A DNA stretch of 55,766 nt, taken from Candidatus Cloacimonadota bacterium (GTDB taxonomy: Bacteria > Cloacimonadota > Cloacimonadia > Cloacimonadales > PWNZ01). Under the pieces are notes generated by a model. That model had not been told where the DNA came from, ran no database searches, and saw nothing but the letters and a program-made list of their open reading frames with translations. The position numbers and the translations under genes are program-made. The stretch is taken from contig PWNZ01000145.1 in assembly GCA_003564135.1 (NCBI GenBank), forward strand, positions 1-55,766, given 5' to 3'. Of the stretch, positions 38,757-46,825 are shown one piece after another (the first letter of the stretch is position 1; every line of letters begins with the position of its first letter).

Positions 38757-39977
38757 ATGGAATTTAGTTTTTCGCAGAAATTCAAAGAGATTCCTTCACA
38801 TAAGCAAGGAATTGATCGCCTGATTGAAATAGCATCAATTATTAAGGCAGAACCAGAGGTCCGACTTGAAGGTAAACAATTTATTGATTCATTGTTACAA
38901 GCGATGATCGACAAGGATGCATCTGATCTCGATTTTGGTGGAGTTGGTGCAGCGGGAAAGGTGTGGATGAGGATCTATGGAAAAAAAAGCCCTTATCAAG
39001 AGTTTGGATATTGTGACCATGAAACATCAACTGGGCTAATATGCTCAATCTTGACGGATAAGGTCGTTAACGCGATAATTGAAAACCAGAGCACAGATTT
39101 TTCATATACCCTGATAAATGGTAATGAACAGACAAGATTCCGTGCTTGTGCTTATTTGGATCTTGACTATTTGGCAGTAAACTTTAGAAAAATTAACCCT
39201 CAACCTATTCATATCGATTTTTTGGGATTTGCCCACTCAATAGTAAGGAAACTCGATTTAGATTTCGAGAAAAAAGGGCTTATCCTGGTTACCGGTATAA
39301 CCGGATCGGGGAAGAGTACCACTCTTGATGCTATTATTAACATGAATAATAATAAAAATCAATCTCACATAACGATTATTGGCAAACCGATAGAGTTTTT
39401 TCATAAATCCGAGCAGAGTATTGTAAGGCATCGAGAAGTGGGGAGCGATACTAAGTCTTTTAAGGATGGTACTATCGAGTCTTTGCGTCAGGATCCCGAT
39501 ATCATAGTAATTGGCGAAATGAGAGATCCCGAGACAATCATGACGGCATTAGAGATTACAGACAGTGGGCATAAAGTGTTTTCAACGCTGCATACAGGGT
39601 CGGCAACCGAAAGTGTCCATAGAATAGTTGCTGAATGCCCTGTTGATGAACAGCAGAGAGTACGTATGAGGCTAGCCGATGTTTTGAGTGTAGTCATCTG
39701 TCAGAAACTGGTTCCGTCATTAGACGGTAAACGTGTCTTGGCAAAAGAGGTCTTGAGTGTTACTCCGAATGTATCAGCAGCTATAGTTAACAATAATATT
39801 TCTGAAATCTACCAGATGATAACCGAAGGTAAAGAATACGGTATGGTTACTATGGAACAGGATCTAATGAGATTGTATGTGAGCAAGATTATCGACAGTA
39901 AAGTAGCGATATCCTATGCTAACAATAAGAAACGAATGCTCGACCTGCTTAATTTCTTCAAAAACAAGATGGCTTAG
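38757..39977 (+). CDS. pilT: Type IV pilus retraction ATPase, PilT family
   Basis: RFR, GLILVTGITGSGKSTT, HREVG.DT, LRQDPDIIVIGEMRD, GH.VFSTLHT and GM.TMEQ; Asp box atypical (IIGKPIE). Confidence 0.88.
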   Translation: MEFSFSQKFKEIPSHKQGIDRLIEIASIIKAEPEVRLEGKQFIDSLLQAMIDKDASDLDFGGVGAAGKVWMRIYGKKSPYQEFGYCDHETSTGLICSILTDKVVNAIIENQSTDFSYTLINGNEQTRFRACAYLDLDYLAVNFRKINPQPIHIDFLGFAHSIVRKLDLDFEKKGLILVTGITGSGKSTTLDAIINMNNNKNQSHITIIGKPIEFFHKSEQSIVRHREVGSDTKSFKDGTIESLRQDPDIIVIGEMRDPETIMTALEITDSGHKVFSTLHTGSATESVHRIVAECPVDEQQRVRMRLADVLSVVICQKLVPSLDGKRVLAKEVLSVTPNVSAAIVNNNISEIYQMITEGKEYGMVTMEQDLMRLYVSKIIDSKVAISYANNKKRMLDLLNFFKNKMA

Positions 39978-39979
39978 TT

Positions 39980-41620
39980 ATGGCTAAATTTATTAAATCT
40001 TTTGGGATATTTCAGGAAGATATTAATTTAAAAATTGCTGAAATCAACGCTACCGGCGAAGAGCTTACAATTAAAGATCTTCAAATGATTACATTAAAAA
40101 TGACTGATTCTTCCGGCAAGATCCCAGAAACGCCTTTGGAAGAAGCCTTAGAGGGTCTGGAATTTGACTTCGATTTTGAAGAAACAACTGCTCAGGATGT
40201 GCAAGAAGAGAAATCTTATTATGATATGGCATCATTCACTTCGGACAAACTTGAGAAAGATGACTCAACATATGACCATCAAAGAAGCTTGGAAGACCTT
40301 TACCGAGAAATGCAGTTTGAGAAAGGTACAATATCCTTGAATCTGGACTTTAATAATGTGGTTTATAAGGATATTAACGTTCCCGATAAGATAAGTAAGA
40401 AAAAGTTATATTCAATAATAAAGAATGAATTTTTTGGAGATGATCCACCCCGAGTAGCTACCTTATCCCATCTAAGAAGGAACGATGGTTCTTATGTTGG
40501 TGTCTTACACCGCAAGAATATGGAGCTATTGGAAACGCTAATCATGCTGAATAGGTCTATGTCCAAAAAGCGATTTCACTATTCATATATCCAAACGAAC
40601 GAGTTCGCTCTTCTGAACGCTCTTAGATACAATTATTTTGATGTAACCCAAAAAGACATTTCAGCTTTGATATATATCGGTAAGGATAATACGCAGGTTA
40701 TGTTGGCTAAAGGTTATGAATTTTTTATTGACCTACCTGTCATTAATGAAGGCTATGAGTCTAAAGACATCATTGATACGGTTATTAGACGTATCATGTT
40801 AGAACGTTCTCAATTAGGGATAGAAGTTATAAATCGTTACTATATTTCCGGTGGTGGGTTAGATGATAGCATGCTCGAAATAATCCGCAGCCAGAGCCCT
40901 TCTGCTAAAGTAGAATATCTTTTGCCGTTGAGGTTGATGGAACAGAATGATTATTCCGAAAAATATGATGAGAAAACTCTGGCTTCTTATATCATTCCCA
41001 TTATGTTAGCTGTAGTCGCTGCTCAACCTAAAGAGCCGTTTTTGATAAGAACAAACTTTCTGACCAAGCAATTAAAAGAGCAGCAAAATATATTTTCTAT
41101 CAGTACGGAAGGGTTTATTGTTTTAGGCTTAACCCTTATATCGGGTCTGATAGGGGCTAATATAGCCTTTCAACAGTTAACTGATAATCGAAGCGTTCAT
41201 CTTGAAAAAACAACAATTAGTTCCCAAATAAGAGTTGAGCAGACAAAATTAGACTCAATATTTGCTATAGAAAGCGAAATTGACAAATTAGGCAGAAATA
41301 TTGCCCGTTCAAACGAATTTATTGGTGAAAAAAACCAATGGCACTTCATCATTGAAGAGTTATCCAAAACATTGCGTGCGAGCCCATTAAGTTGGCTAAA
41401 ATCTATCAACAGTAATAATGATGGGTTTGTAATCCAAGGATATACGACCGACAGGTCAAATATCGTTGATCTATCTAAAAAATTCCCGGACTCTATAGTT
41501 AAGTATTTCATAAAAGAAGAAGTTGAAGGCCAAAGGGTATGGTCTTTTGAGATTAGTTTTGGTATGCCTGATCCGCTAGAAACCCATAGAATTAACTACG
41601 AAAGAGAATCAGGAAGATAG
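39980..41620 (+). CDS. PilM::PilN-like fusion (cytoplasmic actin-like domain, TM, coiled coil, periplasmic ferredoxin-like domain)
   Basis: PilM-like elements (ALLNA, ALIYIG...T, YISGGG), then NFL before a TM helix, coiled coil, W..II.EL......SWL.SI and IQGY as in PilN; operon position between pilT and the secretin. Confidence 0.7.
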   Translation: MAKFIKSFGIFQEDINLKIAEINATGEELTIKDLQMITLKMTDSSGKIPETPLEEALEGLEFDFDFEETTAQDVQEEKSYYDMASFTSDKLEKDDSTYDHQRSLEDLYREMQFEKGTISLNLDFNNVVYKDINVPDKISKKKLYSIIKNEFFGDDPPRVATLSHLRRNDGSYVGVLHRKNMELLETLIMLNRSMSKKRFHYSYIQTNEFALLNALRYNYFDVTQKDISALIYIGKDNTQVMLAKGYEFFIDLPVINEGYESKDIIDTVIRRIMLERSQLGIEVINRYYISGGGLDDSMLEIIRSQSPSAKVEYLLPLRLMEQNDYSEKYDEKTLASYIIPIMLAVVAAQPKEPFLIRTNFLTKQLKEQQNIFSISTEGFIVLGLTLISGLIGANIAFQQLTDNRSVHLEKTTISSQIRVEQTKLDSIFAIESEIDKLGRNIARSNEFIGEKNQWHFIIEELSKTLRASPLSWLKSINSNNDGFVIQGYTTDRSNIVDLSKKFPDSIVKYFIKEEVEGQRVWSFEISFGMPDPLETHRINYERESGR

Positions 41621-41638
41621 CCGGAAAGAGAATGAATT

Positions 41639-42541
41639 ATGAGTGATTATAAATTGACTTTGTTATATACCAAAGGGGTAGATTATAAAACAAGGAACTT
41701 CATTTTATTGCTGACTTTATTAGTCTTAACTGTACTATCTGCATTTCTAATCAACCGAAATCTGACTAATAGGTTTACCGGATTGCAAACAGATAAAGCC
41801 GAACTCCAACAAGAACTTAGCCAGATGAGATATCAGGTTGAACAAGGATCCCATCTATCGGATGAATTAATTAGAATGCAAGAACAGCACTTTTTAATGG
41901 ATAAAATCATACCTGATAGTAATAATACGACCAAAACACTATCGTATATCTTTTCAATATTTGAGCAATATCGCAACCATATTGATTTTGATTTCAGGAT
42001 AATTCAATCAGGCCAAACGGAATCAGATCAAGATCTTAGATTCAATAAATACGAAATAACTGGCAATGCTCCATTGAGTAGGCTATACGTCTTTATAGAT
42101 CAATTTGAAAGACAGCCTGTTTTTTTCACCGTCGAGTCTTTGCATATTGATTCTTTGCCGGTAACCGAAGAAGGTCAAGTACGTTTTGCTATGACTTTCA
42201 TTGGTTATTATACGGAAACCGGCCCTTCTTTTGCTAAGATTGGTATGCGACCATTGACTAAGAGACATTTACCATACAATTTATTCTACCCACGAATTCA
42301 TGAACCCTATCTTCCCGAAGAAGATCAAGCTTATCCGGGTGTAGAAGATTTAGAAATAGTTGGTTTAACCAGAGACCAAGCATATCTAAGAGATCGTTCA
42401 ACACAATCAATCCTGACTTTCGAGAAAGGAGCGCGTGTAAAATATGGTTTTCTTGATCATATCGATTGGGCTAAGCAAGATGTCGTTTTTAGGATGAATA
42501 GGGTTGGTTTAATAGAAGAGTATCGTCTATCTAAAAACTAG
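41639..42541 (+). CDS. PilO-like protein with C-terminal PilP-like domain
   Basis: TM, coiled coil, K.IP, Y.ITG....LY.FI...E..P.F..VE (PilO-like), then NLFYP and LEIVGL....AYL........KG.RV..G.L..ID....VVF (PilP-like beta domain). Confidence 0.65.
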   Translation: MSDYKLTLLYTKGVDYKTRNFILLLTLLVLTVLSAFLINRNLTNRFTGLQTDKAELQQELSQMRYQVEQGSHLSDELIRMQEQHFLMDKIIPDSNNTTKTLSYIFSIFEQYRNHIDFDFRIIQSGQTESDQDLRFNKYEITGNAPLSRLYVFIDQFERQPVFFTVESLHIDSLPVTEEGQVRFAMTFIGYYTETGPSFAKIGMRPLTKRHLPYNLFYPRIHEPYLPEEDQAYPGVEDLEIVGLTRDQAYLRDRSTQSILTFEKGARVKYGFLDHIDWAKQDVVFRMNRVGLIEEYRLSKN

Positions 42542-42556
42542 GAAAAAGAGGTTTGA

Positions 42557-42691
42557 ATGAGACCCAATAACCTTAAACAAGTAATACATAACGTTGAAAG
42601 CTTCTACCATAGCTGTATAAATAATTGCGAAAAGTTTTACTCGCTAGCGAAAATCAATGCAGTAATCTATTTAAACTGGAGGACTGTATGA
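42557..42691 (+). CDS. Putative 44-aa small protein translationally coupled to the secretin
   Basis: RBS AGAGGT, ATG at 42557, MRPNNLKQVIHNVESFYHSCINNCEKFYSLAKINAVIYLNWRTV*, TGA overlapping the secretin ATG (ATGA). Confidence 0.4.
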   Translation: MRPNNLKQVIHNVESFYHSCINNCEKFYSLAKINAVIYLNWRTV

Positions 42692-44418
42692 ATAGGTATA
42701 ATTATTCTCGTAGCTTTTTAGGGCTCTGGGATAAGATCCTCAACAAACGGAATATGCTAATTTATATGGTATTGACATTAACTGTTACTGCTAATCTATT
42801 ACAGGCACAGGAACAACTTAAAGAGATATATCATAATGATTACGGGGTAATAAATAGAACGGTTTTGCTATTGACTGATCTTCCTGAATACAATATCAGC
42901 GAAGTACGAAGTCTGAGAAAAATTGAGGTTAGCCTGTCCGGTACAGTAAAAGACCCCTCATTTCCCGCAATCCGGAGCCTTACCGGCAGTAAGGTGCTAC
43001 AGCAAATAAGCGTAGAAGAAAAAGATGGAGATACTAGGGTTATCATCAGTACAAGAACCCCTTATTACCTTGAATATTTTTACTTGCCTGACAGTGATAA
43101 CTATCGCTTGGTTTTCGATATTTACAATAAGAGATATCCTGAATCTATTGAAGATAAAGAAGACTTCGTAAGTTTCTACGAAAGTGTTGGCTATAGCAGT
43201 AGAAAGGAAGCCCTTGCAAACGTTTTTGATCAATCATATCCGGCAGATCATATAGCAGAATCTATAGAAAAAGAGCTTCAGGAAAGAAGAAGGCATTTAC
43301 CTTCTGATTATATTGATCCCCTTGAAAATGATAGGATTATAAGTTTATCAAGACTTATACAATTCAATGATGCAATAGATATTCTGAATAGAAAAATGCA
43401 GCGGGAAGAAGGCAAAACCTTAGTCGACATGACTGATATAAATGAGCCGATCGGATTCGAGATTAACAAAATCCATTGGAAGTCGGCACTATTAAGTATA
43501 CTAAACAAGAAAAATGTCAAAATGGTCGAAAAAGGTAACCTCTATCTGTTGCAGAAAGACAGAGATGCTGATAAGCGGGATGAAGAGGTTAAATATTTAG
43601 ATAATGTTTTGATCGAAGCCACTTTTTTTGAAGCAGACTTTAACACTATCAGAGAATTAGGTATTGATTGGAGCACTGTTGTTGGTGGAAGAGTTAGTTT
43701 AGGTGCAGACATCAGAAGCTCGGACCAGGTTAGTCAAAACTTATTAACTCTTCGTGGTGACCGAAGCTTTGAAAGAGGGGAGACAACAGTTGATGTTAAC
43801 ACTCTTTTCAGAGCATTTTCGGCAAGTGACAAGGGGCACATTATATCTCGTCCGCAGATAACCGTGTTATCAGGAGAAACCGGGAATGTTCAAGATGGAG
43901 TTGACTATACGATTTTGGTTCCTGGCAGAACAGCTGTTGGTGATGACATAGAGGCTGCTCATGAGGTCAGCGTCCAATCCGGTACGATAGTGAATGTAAC
44001 ACCGGTTGTGTTTGAGGATGGGGACGGAGATAAGGCGATACATCTTAATATTAATGTTGAAAGAAGCTCGGCACAACCTGACGTTACCGGCTATTCAAAA
44101 ACTACTGCCGAAGTTAATAGCCAAAAAGTGTTGTATAACGGTGAAGAGACTGTCATTGGTGGTCTGATTACCAAAGAATCAGTTAATGTCCGACGCGGCA
44201 TACCTTTCCTAAAAGATCTCCCTTGGTGGTTTTTCGGTGTCCGCTATTTAACAGGTCATAATAGAACAGAACACGCTAATAAAGAGCTGATTATCCTCAT
44301 TAAAGCAAGTATCTTGCCAACAGTTGAGGAAAGAAAGTCAATTCAAAAAGCTGTAGCAGACGATATTCAACACCAAAGAAGACAGATAAAGGAAATAGAA
44401 CCTCTATTTCTTGATTAG
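42688..44418 (+). CDS. pilQ: Secretin, PilQ-like
   Basis: RBS GGAGG and ATG at 42688; AMIN-like region (YRLVFDI), N0/STN-like region (I.W..AL..IL), secretin core VLIEA.F.E......ELGIDW, IISRPQITV, GE..VIGGL, GIPFLKDLP, ELIILI. Confidence 0.85.
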   Translation: MNRYNYSRSFLGLWDKILNKRNMLIYMVLTLTVTANLLQAQEQLKEIYHNDYGVINRTVLLLTDLPEYNISEVRSLRKIEVSLSGTVKDPSFPAIRSLTGSKVLQQISVEEKDGDTRVIISTRTPYYLEYFYLPDSDNYRLVFDIYNKRYPESIEDKEDFVSFYESVGYSSRKEALANVFDQSYPADHIAESIEKELQERRRHLPSDYIDPLENDRIISLSRLIQFNDAIDILNRKMQREEGKTLVDMTDINEPIGFEINKIHWKSALLSILNKKNVKMVEKGNLYLLQKDRDADKRDEEVKYLDNVLIEATFFEADFNTIRELGIDWSTVVGGRVSLGADIRSSDQVSQNLLTLRGDRSFERGETTVDVNTLFRAFSASDKGHIISRPQITVLSGETGNVQDGVDYTILVPGRTAVGDDIEAAHEVSVQSGTIVNVTPVVFEDGDGDKAIHLNINVERSSAQPDVTGYSKTTAEVNSQKVLYNGEETVIGGLITKESVNVRRGIPFLKDLPWWFFGVRYLTGHNRTEHANKELIILIKASILPTVEERKSIQKAVADDIQHQRRQIKEIEPLFLD

Positions 44419-44454
44419 CCGGTACCATTTTTTCGATATAATATTAGCAATTGC

Positions 44455-45066
44455 ATGAATGATATAATTGTCCTCAGTGGCAAAGAACCGGTGGCGTCCG
44501 GGAAAAAGAGGATAGTCTTCGAGCATCCTGAAAACACCGATTATCTTATCAAAGTTTATCGAAATCACATAAAGCAGGCTAAACAATCGCTTTATCAGCG
44601 ACACTATAATCGTTATACTTATCTCTCCGGTTTTTTAAGAGAAATACGAGAGTATATTTTATTAAAGTCTGATAACCAGTCCCCTTTGACAGGACATATA
44701 CCTAAAATCATCGGTTTAATAGACACCGATTTAGGTTTAGGATTGACTGTTCAAAAGCTAGTTAACAATAAAGGAGATTTAGCAGTCAATTTGCGAGAAT
44801 TGACCAGAAGTCAGTGCTTATCACAAGAGCTGCAAAAGAAGCTTGATGATTTCTTTTATGCTCTTGTGCAGTCGAATATTGTTATTGGTGATCTTAACAT
44901 CAGAAATATAGTCTTAGCGTATCACGATAAAGAAGGGTATAAATTCTACTTAGTAGATGGTTTAGGAGATAAAACATTTATACCTATGAAAAGATATTGT
45001 AAAACTATAAGGAAGAGTTATAAGTCAAAAAGGATAAAGATAATAGGAAGAAGGGTTAAGGGTTAA
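44455..45066 (+). CDS. YrbL-family (PhoP regulatory network) kinase-like protein
   Basis: P.A.G..R.VF.HP....LIKV, G..DTDLGLGL, DLN..NIV and LVDGLG motifs. Confidence 0.8.
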   Translation: MNDIIVLSGKEPVASGKKRIVFEHPENTDYLIKVYRNHIKQAKQSLYQRHYNRYTYLSGFLREIREYILLKSDNQSPLTGHIPKIIGLIDTDLGLGLTVQKLVNNKGDLAVNLRELTRSQCLSQELQKKLDDFFYALVQSNIVIGDLNIRNIVLAYHDKEGYKFYLVDGLGDKTFIPMKRYCKTIRKSYKSKRIKIIGRRVKG

Positions 45067-45163
45067 TGAATATATTGTCATCAAGTACTATGTTCTGTAG
45101 CCGTGAGCTACAAAGTAAGAACTGACCTCATAAGTGTATCATCATCATTTATATTCTATACAT

Positions 45164-45190
45164 AAAAAGGCTGCCAGATAGGCAGCCTTT
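45164..45190. terminator. Bidirectional intrinsic terminator between convergent genes
   Basis: AAAAAGGCTGCC-AGATA-GGCAGCCTTT, 25 bp after the serC stop. Confidence 0.85.
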
Positions 45191-45215
45191 GAATTAAATA
45201 AATGCTCTGATAATT

Positions 45216-46307
45216 TTATGCTGGATTATTCTTTTTAAATTCCTTCATAAACTCAGATAATTCCTTCGTCGCTTCTATGGGGAGCGCATTGTATGTAGAT
45301 GCTCGGCACCCGCCAACGCTTCTGTGCCCTTTTAGGCCACTGAATCCTTTTCCTGCGGCTTCTTTAATGAATTGTGCTTCCAGCTCTTCTGAAGGAAGGC
45401 GGAAGGTGATATTCATCAGTGATCTATCTTCTTTAGCAACTGTTCCTTTATAATATCCGTTCGACTCATCAATACAATCATAGATATAAGCCGCTTTTTC
45501 TTCGTTGAGTTTGGCAATACTTTCTAATCCACCTTTACTTTCTATCCATTTCATTACCAATCCGATAATGTAAACAATAAAGGTTGGCGGTGTATTGTGC
45601 ATTGAATCTTTTTTAATGTGAGTCGAGTAGGACATCATTGTTGCTAATCCTTTCTCTAATTTTTCAACCATATCTTTTCTTATTAAAACTAATGTAGCTC
45701 CTGCGGGGCCGATATTTTTTTGAGCACCAGCATAAATAAGAGCAAATTTATTAACGTCGATAGGTTTACTCACAATGTCAGAAGACATGTCACAAAACAG
45801 AGGTACACCTTCCGGTACATCAGGGAACTGCTTAAATTGCGTACCATAGATAGTATTATTGGAAGTGATATGTAGAAAAGCCGGATTATCAGAAAGATTA
45901 AATTGTTTCGGGATATAACTGAAATTTTCGTCTTCCGAAGTAGCTGCTAAATGTGCTTTTTTCCCAATTTTTTCTGCCTCTTGATAAGCTTTAGTAGCCC
46001 ATGTTCCTGTGTTGATATAGTTAGCCACCTTATTTTCAGGACAGAAATTTAGAGCGGTCATTAAAAACTGAGTCGAAGCTCCACCACCTAAAAACAGTAC
46101 CTCGAAGTTATCGCCCAAACTAAAGACTCTTTTGACTGCGTTCTTTGTGTCTTCAAAAATTGCTTGATAGTCTTTCGATCTGTGACTCATCTCCATTACC
46201 GACATTCCCTTACCTTTGTAATTCAGTAAGTCTTGTTGAATCTCTTTGAGTACCTCAACCGGTAGAACTGCCGGTCCTGCGCTGAAATTATGGATTCTGT
46301 TTTCCAT
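45216..46307 (-). CDS. serC: Phosphoserine aminotransferase
   Basis: NFSAGPA.LP, EMSHRS, DMSS, YAGAQKN.GP (PLP lysine), NTPP and LKGHRSVGG.RAS.YNA. Confidence 0.97.
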   Translation of the reverse strand: MENRIHNFSAGPAVLPVEVLKEIQQDLLNYKGKGMSVMEMSHRSKDYQAIFEDTKNAVKRVFSLGDNFEVLFLGGGASTQFLMTALNFCPENKVANYINTGTWATKAYQEAEKIGKKAHLAATSEDENFSYIPKQFNLSDNPAFLHITSNNTIYGTQFKQFPDVPEGVPLFCDMSSDIVSKPIDVNKFALIYAGAQKNIGPAGATLVLIRKDMVEKLEKGLATMMSYSTHIKKDSMHNTPPTFIVYIIGLVMKWIESKGGLESIAKLNEEKAAYIYDCIDESNGYYKGTVAKEDRSLMNITFRLPSEELEAQFIKEAAGKGFSGLKGHRSVGGCRASTYNALPIEATKELSEFMKEFKKNNPA

Positions 46308-46694
46308 TAATACCTCCCATTAGATCTTTTTTACTATGATTTTGAAATACTGTTTTCAGGCAAGCTTTTTTTACAGTTAGAACCCTACAAAAAAATAAAG
46401 AGTTATAAATTACAGAACAAACTAATAACAAATTATGAGACTGAGCATCAAAAAATCCTGATAAAAAGATAAATCTGATGATCCCAAGATATTTTTTTAG
46501 CTGACAAACTTTAGCATACTGATTGCAATTCTGTCTAGTTGGAGGATGCACTAAATGATGGTTGCATCATCGCTTTTTATTTTGAACCCGGCAGCACTTT
46601 AATCTAACTTGCTCAGCACCAATATCAAGTGAGGAAATAGTATTAGTTACTGACCCTTTACCAGAAGAAGCTAGTTTCACTCAGGATAAATAGC

Positions 46695-46723
46695 TTGACA
46701 TATAAAACGAGTTACACTATAAT
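46695..46723 (+). promoter_or_regulatory. Consensus sigma70 promoter of the hybrid kinase
   Basis: TTGACA-N17-TATAAT, exact consensus, about 100 bp upstream of the ATG at 46826. Confidence 0.85.
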
Positions 46724-46825
46724 ATCGCATCTTAGCAGAAGAGTTTTTCTTGAACAGATTGAATTGATAAGATATATATACTCGGATAATCATAAGATGC
46801 ACTTAGCAATTAACGGAGATAGTAC

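Noticed and set aside
46441-46524. Repeated CTGA words and one CATCA-N8-TGATA dyad upstream of serC resembling the pilin enhancer motif
   Set aside because: Only one full dyad, and no -24/-12 sigma54 box found on either strand of this spacer.
10473-46790. Recurrent CGGATA(A/G) word in many intergenic regions
   Set aside because: The same word is frequent inside coding sequences and CCGG-containing words are common throughout, so regulatory enrichment cannot be supported by eye.
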